DNA of 64,000 nt from Candidatus Parabeggiatoa sp. nov. 3 (GTDB lineage Bacteria; Pseudomonadota; Gammaproteobacteria; Beggiatoales; Beggiatoaceae): NCBI GenBank assembly GCA_003645185.1, contig QNEL01000001.1, positions 27 through 64,026 on the forward strand. The letters are read 5' to 3'. Made by a program: the position numbers and the translations under genes. Below are positions 1 to 10,458 of this stretch, in pieces. Under the pieces are notes generated by a model. The model was given only the letters and a program-made list of their open reading frames with translations, did no database searches and had not been told where the DNA came from. Numbering within the stretch: position 1 is the first letter of the stretch; each line of letters starts with the position of its first letter.

Positions 1-93
1 TGTCAGGTTTTCAAAACCTGACAGGTTTAACTTTATCTAACGGTTTAACTTTAGCCAACCAAACCTGTCAGGTTTTCAAAACCTGACAGGTTT
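1..93. repeat. Two copies of palindromic extragenic repeat AAACCTGTCAGGTTTT-C-AAAACCTGACAGGTTT
   Basis: Hairpin copies at 1-28 (cut by the window edge) and 61-93. Confidence 0.85.
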
Positions 94-102
94 AACTAAG
101 AC

Positions 103-873
103 ATGATTATGGAAACCAACCTCTCAAAAACAGCAACTCCCCCTATCCTAGCCTTACAACAAGTCGTCAAACACCGTGAACAAGGCGGCATCGCCTTTGA
201 ATTGCAAATACCAGAAATCAGCTTACAAAAAGGACAATTTGTAGCCATCGTAGGAAATAGTGGTTGTGGCAAAAGCACCTTACTAGATATGTTAGCCCTA
301 GTTTCTCGTCCAACTCGCTGCCAACAATTTCAATACCGTTTTTCCAAAGAAGAGACAGTCGAAACATCAGATATTGCTAACCTTTGGGAAAAGGATGACG
401 AACAAAGCTTAGCCGACGTGCGTCGCGAAAAACTCGGTTATGTACTACAAACAGGCGGATTACTCCCCTTTTTAACCGTTTGGCAAAATATTCAATTACC
501 CTTAAAACTCAATGGTTTACACGACAATAGTTATATCAAAGAATTAGCCAAACGTCTTGACATAGACACCCTCCTGAATAAAAAACCGCAATTTCTATCA
601 GGCGGGCAAAGACAAAGAGTTGCTGTACTGCGAGCCCTCAGCCATCATCCCCAAATCATCCTAGCCGACGAACCCACAGCAGCAGTTGATGAGGAACGTG
701 CCAAAGCCATTGTTCAAGATTTTTATGCACTCGCAAAAGATACCGGCACAACGATCATCATGGTGACACATCACAAAGATTTAATCCTGCCACTGGCCGA
801 CGTGATTTACACCTTTAAAGTCGAAGATGTGTCTAAAAGCTTGATTCGTTCCACTTCGGAACGATATCAATGA
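103..873 (+). CDS. ABC transporter ATP-binding protein, LolD/MacB type, TagT-like
   Basis: Walker A GNSGCGKST, signature LSGGQRQR, Walker B ILADEPT, H-loop MVTH; LGYVLQTGGLLPFL resembles TagT. Confidence 0.9.
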   Translation: MIMETNLSKTATPPILALQQVVKHREQGGIAFELQIPEISLQKGQFVAIVGNSGCGKSTLLDMLALVSRPTRCQQFQYRFSKEETVETSDIANLWEKDDEQSLADVRREKLGYVLQTGGLLPFLTVWQNIQLPLKLNGLHDNSYIKELAKRLDIDTLLNKKPQFLSGGQRQRVAVLRALSHHPQIILADEPTAAVDEERAKAIVQDFYALAKDTGTTIIMVTHHKDLILPLADVIYTFKVEDVSKSLIRSTSERYQ

Positions 874-879
874 ATAACA

Positions 880-980
880 AAAACCATAACGATTGTATCT
901 AAAAAAAGATTTAAACTGGGTAAGACTATGAACCAATCTTTTATTATATACAATCCCTGTAGTTATAGGTTAAAATCCTT
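880..980. repeat. Direct repeat flanking the AAA/RloB cassette; empty-site version of the 2955-3235 copy
   Basis: GATTTAAACTGGGTAAGACTA and ATATACAATCCCTGTA are shared with the second copy. Confidence 0.75.
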
Positions 981-1006
981 TCTTCTAATCCTTGTAGTTT
1001 ACCATT

Positions 1007-2272
1007 ATGTTATTACGTTTCGGAGTTTCCAACTACCGTTCCATTCGTGATTATCAAGCATTATTATTAACGGCCTCTTCTCTCGAAGAACAACAGCACC
1101 ATTTGATTACCATTAAACCATTAGATTCTAAAATACTGCCAACGATTGGTATTTATGGAGCCAATGCTTCCGGTAAATCAAATATTCTACAAGCTTTCGC
1201 CTTTATGCGGCGTATGGTTTTGAAATCACACGCCAATGGATCAGCGACAGGTGGCATTACCCGCACCCCTTTTCAACTTGATCCAGAAATGCGAAACCAA
1301 CCCTCACATTTTGACTGTGATGTACTAATTGACACTATTCGCTACCATTATGGTTTTATAATAGATGATGACAAAGTGCAAGAAGAATGGTTGTATGCCT
1401 ATCCCGCTAAACATCGTCAAGTCTGGTTCCACCGCCAATCTCATGAAGAACCAACCTTCTATTTTGGCAAATTTTTAAAAGGTAAAAATAAAACCATTGA
1501 AGCCTTAACCCGTGATAACAGTCTATTTTTATCCGCCGCAGCCCAGAATAATCACCAACAATTGTCTAAAATATACCGCTATTTTGAAGAAAAATATGAC
1601 TTTCGCCTCAATGCAGAGCATGGCTTTGAACACGTTGAAGCGCGTTATCTCGACAAGGGCATGATAAAGACACCGATTATTGAGTTTCTCAAAGGCGCGG
1701 ATACTGGCATTATTGAGGCACAAATTGAAAAGGGTAGCGTGACAGATAAATCAATTCTTGAAAATATCAGAACCGCCCTTGAAGAAAACAGTGAACTTAA
1801 AAATGCAAACCTCAATGACAGGCTACGTTTTCGCCATCAAAGCCTTGGCGGGAAAGAGATTTTCCTAAAGCTAGGTGATGAAAGTCGTGGCACTTTACAA
1901 CTTCTCACCTTACTTGGCCCCCTTTTTGATGCCCTAGAAAGCGGCAAAGTGATTTTGATTGATGAACTGGATACCAGTATGCACTCATTATTATCACTCC
2001 AATTGCTGAAATTATTAAATTCCCCAACCTCTAACAAAGGCAATGCACAATTGATTTTCACCACCCATGACACTAACCTGCTAGATGGGGCCGTACTGAG
2101 ACGCGATCAAATTTGGTTAACCGAAAAAAACAAACAAGGTGCCACACATCTTTATCCCCTAACCGATATTCGTACACGCCATACCGACAACTTTGAAAAA
2201 GGTTATTTGCAAGGGCATTTTGGTGGGATTCCTTTTTTAGGCAGTTTAGACGTTTTATTTGCACAGGATTAA
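1007..2272 (+). CDS. AAA_21-type ATPase, RloA-like
   Basis: N-terminal NYRSI, Walker A GANASGKSN, ESRGT, IDELDTSMH, QLIFTTHDT, RRDQIW; directly upstream of rloB. Confidence 0.88.
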   Translation: MLLRFGVSNYRSIRDYQALLLTASSLEEQQHHLITIKPLDSKILPTIGIYGANASGKSNILQAFAFMRRMVLKSHANGSATGGITRTPFQLDPEMRNQPSHFDCDVLIDTIRYHYGFIIDDDKVQEEWLYAYPAKHRQVWFHRQSHEEPTFYFGKFLKGKNKTIEALTRDNSLFLSAAAQNNHQQLSKIYRYFEEKYDFRLNAEHGFEHVEARYLDKGMIKTPIIEFLKGADTGIIEAQIEKGSVTDKSILENIRTALEENSELKNANLNDRLRFRHQSLGGKEIFLKLGDESRGTLQLLTLLGPLFDALESGKVILIDELDTSMHSLLSLQLLKLLNSPTSNKGNAQLIFTTHDTNLLDGAVLRRDQIWLTEKNKQGATHLYPLTDIRTRHTDNFEKGYLQGHFGGIPFLGSLDVLFAQD

Positions 2273-2275
2273 AAA

Positions 2276-2929
2276 ATGGCGCGGCGCAAATTACCCAAAA
2301 CACCATCACTCGAAAGGCGTAAATCGCAACGCGAACCAAAATTCAAGATCGTTGTGGTGTGCGAGGGCGAGAAAACGGAACCCAAGTATTTGAATGATTT
2401 TACTCAAGATCATAATAACCCGCTTGTTGAGATAAAAGTGGTTCCCAAAGGCGGCGTACCTGTCACATTGGTTAAAAAAGCGGTGAAATTCAAAAAGGAA
2501 TTGGAGCGAGAAGCGCGACGTAGTCAAAACAGTTTTGATGAACATTTTCAAGTGTGGGGATTATTTGATGTGGATGAACACCCGAATATTCCTCAAGCGA
2601 AAGATATGGCACGTAGCAATGGGGTTAAACTGAGTATCGCTAATCCCTGCTTTGAGCTTTGGGGATTATTACACATTCGTAATTACGATGCCCCCATTCA
2701 CCGACATGATTTACAACGTATTCTTGAAAAACTGATGCAGGGTTATGATCATGAAGTGTCTGCCACATTTAATTACGAGTTTATACGTGATCATTACGAC
2801 ATCGCGAAAAAACGTGCTAAACAAGGTTATCAAAGACGCGAAGAAGAAGGAGATTCTGGGGGTAATCCATCAACAGATGTTCATAAGTTGTTGGACTTGA
2901 TTATTGATAGTGGTAAAAACTCATTTTGA
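2276..2929 (+). CDS. rloB: RloB family protein
   Basis: VVCEGEKTEPKY, VWGLFDVD, NPCFELW and NPSTDVHKL motifs. Confidence 0.88.
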   Translation: MARRKLPKTPSLERRKSQREPKFKIVVVCEGEKTEPKYLNDFTQDHNNPLVEIKVVPKGGVPVTLVKKAVKFKKELEREARRSQNSFDEHFQVWGLFDVDEHPNIPQAKDMARSNGVKLSIANPCFELWGLLHIRNYDAPIHRHDLQRILEKLMQGYDHEVSATFNYEFIRDHYDIAKKRAKQGYQRREEEGDSGGNPSTDVHKLLDLIIDSGKNSF

Positions 2930-3012
2930 AAGGATAGAACGCTGATTGAACTGATTTAAAACCATAACGACAAGGATTGTATATAAAAAAGGATTTAAAC
3001 TGGGTAAGACTA

Positions 3013-3183
3013 AGTACTGAACCATAAATTTTCAGGTCTTTAAAAAAACAGAAAGGGGGCAACCACAAAAAAAAACAGAAAGGGGGCAACCACAAGGGAT
3101 TGCCCCTACACAATGTCATGTAGGGGCAATCCCTTGTGGTTGCCCTTGGTTGTTAAATACCTGTTTATTTGTGCTTCAGTACT
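3013..3183. mobile_element. MITE family A (AGTACTGAA...TTCAGTACT) with TA target duplication, carrying REP hairpins
   Basis: Terminal inverted repeats; TA at 3011-3012 and 3184-3185; empty site GAC-TA-TGA at 924-931. Confidence 0.85.
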
Positions 3184-3307
3184 TATGATCTAATCCCTTC
3201 ATATACAATCCCTGTAATTAGGGTTTAAAAATCAGCGGAAATCATGACAATCAGCGTTCTATCATCTCACCCACAATATTTTGACATCACTCTAATGGTA
3301 AAACACA

Positions 3308-5158
3308 ATGACTCACACGATTCCAGAACATAAAAAACCACCTAGGGGCTTAGTCGCCGGTTTAGCCCTATTAGATTTACGCCATGAATGGATTTTAACC
3401 CTCTGTATGGTATTAGCCATCGCAGCTGTCTTGGCACCCTTACTGATTTTGTTAGGTTTGAAATATGGTACCGTTGAAACCATGCGCGAACGTTTAGTTG
3501 AAGATCCCGTCAATCAAGAAATCAAACCCTCACGCACTTTACAACTGGCACCAGAATGGTTTGAAACCATTGCCGCCCGTGACGATGTAGCCTTTATCAC
3601 ACCCACTATCCTGCGCGGTTCTTCCATTGTCCGTATCATGAAATCCGGTACAACACGAGGCCAAGCCCTTGATCTCCTCCCGACAGGCGATGGCGATCCC
3701 TTGATCCTCAAAAATGGCGGCATCATACCCCAAGCTGGGGAATGTGTTTTAAGCTATCCCGCTGCCGAAGAATTAGGTGTAAAACTGGGTGAAACGATAA
3801 CCGCACGGGTGACGCGCACGCGACAGCGTAAACGAGAATTTGTAGAAACCCCATTAACGGTGACTGCCATACTCAACCCACGCGCAGATGGCTTACCCCG
3901 TATTTATGCCCCCCTTCAATTTGTCACGGATGTTGAATTGTATCGAGAAGGGCAAGCTGTGCCTGAACGCAAATGGGCTGGCAGTCATCCGCATCCCTTT
4001 TTGAGTTTTGATGGCGTTTTTGTCGTACTCGGTAGCCCTTTGAGTCGCATTCAAACGCGCAAACTCACCATTAATACAGGCCTAGCGGAAATAACCGATC
4101 TCACTGCTGAACAGTTTAAACAAGCCCTCGGCTTTTCGCTACCTGCTGATCACAGCGCCTACAAGCTGGTTGCCAGAGGCAACACCATACAAATCGACAG
4201 CATTAAGCGTATTAAAAACAAATTACGGGGGCAATCGGCCATCATTCTGCCTTTTGTAGACAACGCTTCTATAACGATCAACGAGCAAGAAACGATCAAA
4301 GTCATCGGTTTATCCCTCTCGCCCTCAAAAACAGAACAACTGGGCCTACCCACGCTACCCTGGAATCGTTTAGACGCAGACGCCTCGTTTGCAAAACAAG
4401 CCCAAATCCTCTTACCCACAACGTCCACATTGACAAAACCCTTGCAAGCCAGTGCCAACACTTTAGAAAGCACAATCAGCTTCCCGATCAAATCGGTCGG
4501 TCAAACAGAGAGCGATTACGCCATTGTGCCAAGCGAACTCATCGGCACCTTAAAAACCGGCAACCAACGGCGTATTTTATTTGATGAAAAACAAAACAGC
4601 TTCCTCTTAGCCAGAGCCAGTTATCGCGGATTTCGTTTATATACGCGCAGCATTGACGACGTACCAACGCTTTATAAATACTTTATTGAGCAAAATATAG
4701 ACGTGATCACACAAGTTCAGGAAATCGAACGAGTCAAGATACTGGATCGAGGGCTCACACGGATTTTCTGGTTAGTCGCGCTAGTCGGCATTATCGGCGG
4801 CATTGCCGCCTTAATAGCCAGCCTATATGCCGCAGTCGAACGGAAAAAACGTGATATCGGCATGCTCAGACTGATGGGCCTCTCTCGAAACGCCGTCTTT
4901 GGTTTTCCCATTTACCAAGGTATTGCAATTGCCATCATGAGCGTCATCGTAGCCTTCACCGGCTACGCCGCACTCGCATCAGTCATCAATCTAGTATTTG
5001 CGGCCGATTTGAGATTAGGCGAAAAAATATGCTTCCTACCCGAACACTATTTCGGGATAGCCTTTTTAGGCACAACCGGAGCCGCCACAATGAGTTCATT
5101 ACTCGCCGCTTGGAAAACCACAGGCATTGATCCAGCGGAAGCCATTCGAGAAGAATAG
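3308..5158 (+). CDS. ABC transporter permease, FtsX/MacB type, TagS-like, with enlarged periplasmic region
   Basis: N-terminal TM segment LAPLLILLGLKYG; three C-terminal TM segments; ERKKRDIGMLRLMG; ends IDPAEAIRE. Confidence 0.85.
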   Translation: MTHTIPEHKKPPRGLVAGLALLDLRHEWILTLCMVLAIAAVLAPLLILLGLKYGTVETMRERLVEDPVNQEIKPSRTLQLAPEWFETIAARDDVAFITPTILRGSSIVRIMKSGTTRGQALDLLPTGDGDPLILKNGGIIPQAGECVLSYPAAEELGVKLGETITARVTRTRQRKREFVETPLTVTAILNPRADGLPRIYAPLQFVTDVELYREGQAVPERKWAGSHPHPFLSFDGVFVVLGSPLSRIQTRKLTINTGLAEITDLTAEQFKQALGFSLPADHSAYKLVARGNTIQIDSIKRIKNKLRGQSAIILPFVDNASITINEQETIKVIGLSLSPSKTEQLGLPTLPWNRLDADASFAKQAQILLPTTSTLTKPLQASANTLESTISFPIKSVGQTESDYAIVPSELIGTLKTGNQRRILFDEKQNSFLLARASYRGFRLYTRSIDDVPTLYKYFIEQNIDVITQVQEIERVKILDRGLTRIFWLVALVGIIGGIAALIASLYAAVERKKRDIGMLRLMGLSRNAVFGFPIYQGIAIAIMSVIVAFTGYAALASVINLVFAADLRLGEKICFLPEHYFGIAFLGTTGAATMSSLLAAWKTTGIDPAEAIREE

Positions 5159-5395
5159 AACTTTCTTGTAGGGTGGGTAACGGATTTTTGTTGCCCACCG
5201 GCTTCGTCTTGCGCGTTAAATTTTACGAGAAGAATAGAACTTTCTTGTAGGGTGGGTAACGGGTTTTTGTTGCCCACCGGCTTCGTCTTGCGCGTTAAAT
5301 TATTATTGTAAAAATATTGTTATTTAATTTGTTACATAAATGCTTATACTGATTTAGGGGATGGTGGGCTTTAAAAACCCGTTACCCACCCTACA
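5147..5395. repeat. GTAG-type REP cluster: two tandem ~79-bp units plus an inverted REP
   Basis: GTAGGGTGGGTAAC..GTTGCCCACC twice, then GGTGGGC..GTTACCCACCCTAC near 5363-5394. Confidence 0.85.
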
Positions 5396-5479
5396 GACTG
5401 ATTGACGCTGATTTTAAAATCAGCGCGAATCATGATAATCAGTGCAATCAGCGTTCTATTTACATTTTACATAATAAAA

Positions 5480-5750
5480 ATTTTGCGGTTTTTTACGTTC
5501 CAAATTTATTTTGCGGTTTTTTTGGAATGCAAAATTTATTTTGCGGTTTTTTACGTTCCAAATTTATTTTGCGGTTTTTTTGGAGTGCAAAATTTATTTT
5601 GCGGTTTTTTTGGAGTGCAAAATTTATTTTGCGGTTCAATTTTCAGGGTATAACTGTACTTTATTCAATCGGGAAACGCTATATCAAGAAAATCGAACCG
5701 CAAAATAAATTTGGAACGAAAAGCGAAAACAAAATAAATTTGGAACGAAA
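5480..5750. repeat. Tandem and inverted repeats of the GCAAAAT-TT-ATTTTGC hairpin family
   Basis: About five ~29-bp tandem units then inverted copies; same family near 44280-44350, 53460-53540 and 61410-61510. Confidence 0.85.
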
Positions 5751-5854
5751 AGAGGGCAGCAAAATTGAGCTGAACGCTTGTTTAAAGTCGTCGGCAACAT
5801 CAACTTCTGCACTGATTAAGGGATTTTCTGAAAAATTAGGATAAAAAAATCAAG

Positions 5855-6310
5855 ATGAAATTCAAGTCAACGGGCATTTTTCGCTATAGCCCCCCTTTGA
5901 ATCGTCATGGCACTCTTATTCGTCGAGACGGGCAAACTACAAAATGGTGGTTGATTATTGAATGTGATCCTGAATTGGGCCGATATTTGCGTTATCAATT
6001 TAAAATAAAAACCTATCAGACGCAATCGGTTCAAGCGCCATTATGGGGAACGCATATTTCCGTTATTCGTAATGAAGAGCCCCCTCTCAAAACCAATTGG
6101 GAAAAGCTTCAGGCACAAGAAATTGAATTTGAATATGATTCGACTATTCAAGAAACGGAGGGTTATTTATGGGTAGCGGTGCAATGTGAAGCGGCCCTCA
6201 AGCATCGCGCCGAATTAGGTTTATCACCAGAACCTGAATTACCTCTACATTTGACTTTGGGCAATTTAAAAAAAGCCCATTTGCCGCTCCCAACCATTTC
6301 AAATAATTAG
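5855..6310 (+). CDS. 2H phosphoesterase superfamily protein
   Basis: Two Hx(S/T)h motifs, HISV and HLTL, about 65 aa apart. Confidence 0.7.
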   Translation: MKFKSTGIFRYSPPLNRHGTLIRRDGQTTKWWLIIECDPELGRYLRYQFKIKTYQTQSVQAPLWGTHISVIRNEEPPLKTNWEKLQAQEIEFEYDSTIQETEGYLWVAVQCEAALKHRAELGLSPEPELPLHLTLGNLKKAHLPLPTISNN

Positions 6311-6832
6311 GCTGATGTTTTGCGGTTAGGAGTGCAAACTTTAGTTTGCGTTTTTACGTTCCAACTTGAGTTTGCGACGGCCCCTTTTCGTTCCAACTTG
6401 AGTTTGCGACGGCCAAGATTGATAATGTTTTACGCAAAAGTTTTTTAAGCAAATACTTTTGCGTAAAACCCTTTTTTTGGGAATGCGCCCTTTTGCGCGC
6501 AAAAACTTATTAAGTGAAATCTTAAAACGCACAACCCCATGTTCCCTGAGCTAGTCTTAGGTATGGGTTGAATGTGAATAGCACACCGAAGACATACCGA
6601 AGACAGGCTCAGGAACCAAGCTCAGGGCACGGTGCAACCTAGGGAAAGCATATCAAAAAGTAGAGAAGGATATTTGTAGCCCCCTTTCCCATTAAGCATG
6701 ACAAGATTCTGAGAATGCTGAATTTAAAGGGCGCAAATATCTATTCCTAAAATCACAAATTAATAAACCCTCCCAATTAACTTATTTTTTGACAGTGACT
6801 AAAAACTTTTTTAATATAAAAGTATAAAAAGA

Positions 6833-7123
6833 TTGTCATCGGACTTTCAAATGAATAAGCACATTTTATATGATGATACTGAAGAGATTTTATGGATTTT
6901 CTATTCTTTTTTAGCACAAGAACAAGAAAAACAGGTAGAAATACTTAATAAATTTTTTGTGTTTGAATGGCATCCTAATGAAGATTCTGAGAATTTGGAA
7001 TATCATAAGTTATCTACTATTGCTCATTGTTGTATGACTAATATTCCTGATAGTTTGCCTAAAGAGGTTTGGAATAGGGGTATTGAATTGAGAGATGTCT
7101 TAAGCGAAAGGCTAGTGCAGTAA
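6833..7123 (+). CDS. Hypothetical protein, possible orphan immunity fragment
   Basis: AT-rich acidic ORF co-oriented with the immunity array; context only. Confidence 0.4.
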   Translation: MSSDFQMNKHILYDDTEEILWIFYSFLAQEQEKQVEILNKFFVFEWHPNEDSENLEYHKLSTIAHCCMTNIPDSLPKEVWNRGIELRDVLSERLVQ

Positions 7124-7303
7124 AGCGAAAATGATCATACCACCCAGAAAAGGTCACCGAAAGGTGACTACGTCCCCCACAATATTATTTTTAGCATCGT
7201 TTTTGTAAAAAACAGTTTATATACTGTTAAAATTTATCATTTGCGCTTTTTTGGTAGTAAAAATCCATTTAAAGCGTGCCGTTTTAGCAAAAACTGGCAG
7301 CAT

Positions 7304-7356
7304 GTTAGTCACCTTTAGGTGACTTGAGCTTTTAGACAACTGCTTTAGCTGTTGGC
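7304..7356. repeat. 53-bp repeat, identical at 10528-10580
   Basis: GTTAGTCACCTTTAGGTGACTTGAGCTTTTAGACAACTGCTTTAGCTGTTGGC, containing two small hairpins. Confidence 0.9.
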
Positions 7357-7555
7357 TACTACAAAGTGTATGTAAAATAATCGCTTGATTTATAGCGTTT
7401 CACGATTGAATAAGTATAAAGGCTAATCAATCATAAAAATCACAGATTGAGTTAATGAACTGAATGTGAATAGGCTATCGAAAAAGCCCTCCTTTCCTTT
7501 TCGTCAATTAATATGTAAGTGTAATTTATTCAATCAGGAAAGGTTATATAATACA

Positions 7556-8062
7556 ATGAAATTGAGTTCTGAACAGAGAAAAAAGCTTTTAGCCAAACGA
7601 GAACAATTACAAAGAAAAATAGCTCAAAACGAGCAAGCATTTTTTATACAAGAACTTTTATTTGAATTTGACTCGAATGCTATTGAATATGAGATTGTTT
7701 GGCCTGATTATAAAACTTCAGAGGTAAAAATATCAAAATGGTTACGCGAAAAATTTTCAATAACGTCATGGGGGCGTATTGATTCGCATCATATTACTAT
7801 GATAAAAAAATGTGAAGTGATTTCATCTTGTGAAAAATTACTAGGAGAAATCATAGAAAAACAACGATTGGGCAATCCAGTGGTGACATTAATATGGACA
7901 AATGCCCACAGGCCTGGCATTCAACTAAAACTTTGTGATGTAGTCAAAAACGTAGAAATTATCTTTGAACAAGATTGGGATACATGGATAGTGTGTTCTG
8001 AGAATCAATGGTGTATTGAATACCATCATGATGGTGAGCTTTCTTATGGCTCATGCGTTTAA
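7556..8062 (+). CDS. Putative orphan immunity protein
   Basis: ATG at 7556 after AGGAAAGG; C-terminal WDTWIV..WCIEYHHDGEL is immunity-like; context. Confidence 0.6.
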   Translation: MKLSSEQRKKLLAKREQLQRKIAQNEQAFFIQELLFEFDSNAIEYEIVWPDYKTSEVKISKWLREKFSITSWGRIDSHHITMIKKCEVISSCEKLLGEIIEKQRLGNPVVTLIWTNAHRPGIQLKLCDVVKNVEIIFEQDWDTWIVCSENQWCIEYHHDGELSYGSCV

Positions 8063-8557
8063 TTCGACTGTGTCAGATTACAGGCTAAATGCTTGATTTT
8101 ATTATATTCATGTATTTTCTGCGTTTCCTGATAAATATTTAATGCCCCAAATTATTTTATCGTTACACAATTATTAATCACGAAAGAAATCAACATACGC
8201 ATACATTGTTACAAGTCTAAAATCATTTGACAAACTGATATTCAATAGCGAAGAAGCCATTGTTTGTAGTGTTGAATTTGATTTTATGTGTGCATTTAGT
8301 TCTGAAGAATGGGTAATGCCTGAGTTATATTTTGAAATTTAAATAGGTTTTATTATTCTATTACTCGATGATCAAGTTTTTGATATTCAGCAAGCTTTAC
8401 GACGATCTATTTTTGAGCGTTAAAATATGCAACTCATTGATTTTTAATGTTATTTATACTTTAGAACATAAAATTATATTTCTTTATAAATTCAATGGTT
8501 TACAAAAAACTTGAAGATCGAGTTTTAATGAATTAAGTTTATTAGAGGATATCTATT

Positions 8558-8888
8558 TTGAAAGAAGAACGTTTAGGAATACATGAGGTAATTGGAATAA
8601 TTAGAAGGCACCCATTAATAGTATTTAGCGAATTACTCGATTAAAGAATTTAGTGCTTTCTTAGCTGGTTTTAATTGTTGCAAAGGTATTATGTCTCCAA
8701 AAGAGAGGAACGATAACCATCTAATACTCTCACAGTTTCAAGATTGGATTGCCAAAAAGTATGATGTTGAAGGTTCTCACGGTTGGATGAGCATACTTTT
8801 ATTCTTTCATGTTAACGAATCTCATGCACTAGATAAGTTTTTTGAATTGTGGGATGAATTTCTTATAGAACATAAGCAAAAGGATTAA
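8558..8888 (+). pseudogene. Frameshifted putative immunity gene
   Basis: AGAGGA then TTG at 8558 gives ..IIRRHPL; a one-base shift near 8620 continues YLANYSIKEFSAFLAGF into ORF 8691-8888. Confidence 0.6.
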
Positions 8889-8895
8889 CGGAAAA

Positions 8896-9114
8896 GTAGG
8901 GCGCATATGCTGTCTATTTTTATATGGTTTTGCCATCTTTCACAGCGTATGTCCACCATTTTTCCTCGGAACAGATCGACGTATCCAAACCAAGAATGCC
9001 TTGGAGCAGGTAAGCTCCTTTGTTTATGATCCCAACGGAAATCTGATTTCAGAAACCGATGCCAATAACCATACCATCTCTTATGAGTACGAAGCGTTAG
9101 AACGGCGCACCAAA
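8896..9114 (+). other. Junction module copy A: GTAG hairpin plus Rhs YD-repeat remnant
   Basis: Remnant reads RRIQTKNALEQVSSFVYDPNGNLISETDANNHTISYEYEALERRTK; homologous to 36119-36237 and 37751-37975. Confidence 0.8.
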
Positions 9115-9402
9115 CAGTCAGTCTAGGGAGGATTTTTAGCGATCCCAAATACCTGTTTATTTATGTTTCGGTACTTAATAATTAGTGTCCATCCAGAAAC
9201 ATAGGTTTTTAACCTGATGTCATTTTGATTAAAGAGATAAAACTTTTTTATTAAGGTAGATGTTATAATTTATTTTATGAGTCAAAATGACACAAAGCAC
9301 AAGTTTTTGGATGAACAATAAAAAGTAAGAATTCAATTTTGAAACTAAACCATACCCGTTTTAAAAACCTGTCAGATTTGATTTAAAAGTTTTGGAAGTT
9401 AT

Positions 9403-9534
9403 GAGTTCGCTCAGAAAAGTCCAACATTTCCCTTTTCGGCAAAGACGACTTTTTCAGTACACTGAAATCATTGCCTAATTTTGGTTGGACACTTTTCCGA
9501 AAATGAGCCAAAAATGACTTTCTGGAGGAAACTC
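9403..9534. mobile_element. MITE with 7-bp target duplication AAGTTAT
   Basis: Imperfect TIRs GAGTTCGCTCAGAAAAGTC and GACTTTCTGGAGGAAACTC; AAGTTAT at 9396-9402 and 9535-9541. Confidence 0.7.
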
Positions 9535-9563
9535 AAGTTATTAAATCCTCATTTTCAAGTAGG

Positions 9564-9768
9564 GGCACTGGGGTCGTTGAGTGGGATTGCTTCAATCTCA
9601 AGGGCAACCACAAGGGATTGCCCCTACATACCCATTTTTTTGTAGGGGCAATCCCTTGTGGTTGCCCCTTAATGTCGAGATCATTAAAAATTAGAAAGGT
9701 TTACATACAGTGTATCTTTTTTGCTTTAAACGTGATTTGAAGCAATCCCATTCAATGACCCCAGTGCC
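9564..9768. mobile_element. MITE family B, IS1595-like ends (GGCACTGGGGTC), 8-bp target duplication
   Basis: ~30-bp TIRs; CAAGTAGG at 9556-9563 and 9769-9776; internal REP doublet. Confidence 0.88.
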
Positions 9769-9933
9769 CAAGTAGGTTAAGAATATTTATTTGGGTAGCC
9801 CTTAAATACAAACGATTATGGCTATTTTGGATACGTTCAGTAAACACTGATGAATGATTTTTTGAAAATTTTTTAAAATCCATTATAATTAATCGTTATT
9901 CATAAACAAACTCTATTTGAATCAAGTAACATA

Positions 9934-10458
9934 ATGGATGGAAAAATATACGACATTACCGACGATTCAGGCTTTCTTGCCATAGTTGATACTAATTCTT
10001 ATATTCCAGATACCGGAAATAATTGGTATTTTGAGCAACTGATTCATCATTTTAAAACACAAATGCAAGACAGAAAATTGCTTATTTGGGGAACCGGATG
10101 TGAAAATACGTGGCGAGTGCAAGTACATTTTAAAGAAAGCAAAATAACAGGTTTTCGTGAAGTGCTAGGAACTATCACGGTAACCTGTGGGCAATTACTT
10201 CTCACCAATTATGAAAGCCTTTCAATGGCATCACAGTTTGAAGACGTACAACTTCCCGAGAAACACCAACAAGAATTACTGTTTAAAATACCAAATGGTG
10301 ACTATCTGTGTAGAATGATACAGATATGCGATCCTAACCAACCAGATATAGAAAAACAGGAACTTAAAACAAGAGTTGATTTTATGATTGACTTGTTGCT
10401 CTTAAGTAAGAGAACACAGAATATCTGGACTAGTATTCCTTGGTTTCAAGAAAGCTAA
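9934..10458 (+). CDS. Putative orphan immunity protein
   Basis: 174-aa ORF in the co-oriented array; family not recognised. Confidence 0.55.
   Translation: MDGKIYDITDDSGFLAIVDTNSYIPDTGNNWYFEQLIHHFKTQMQDRKLLIWGTGCENTWRVQVHFKESKITGFREVLGTITVTCGQLLLTNYESLSMASQFEDVQLPEKHQQELLFKIPNGDYLCRMIQICDPNQPDIEKQELKTRVDFMIDLLLLSKRTQNIWTSIPWFQES

Noticed and set aside
4986-5844. Short ORFs 4986-5198, 5047-5277, 5402-5653, 5511-5708, 5527-5844
   Set aside because: Translations of REP and hairpin repeats in several frames.
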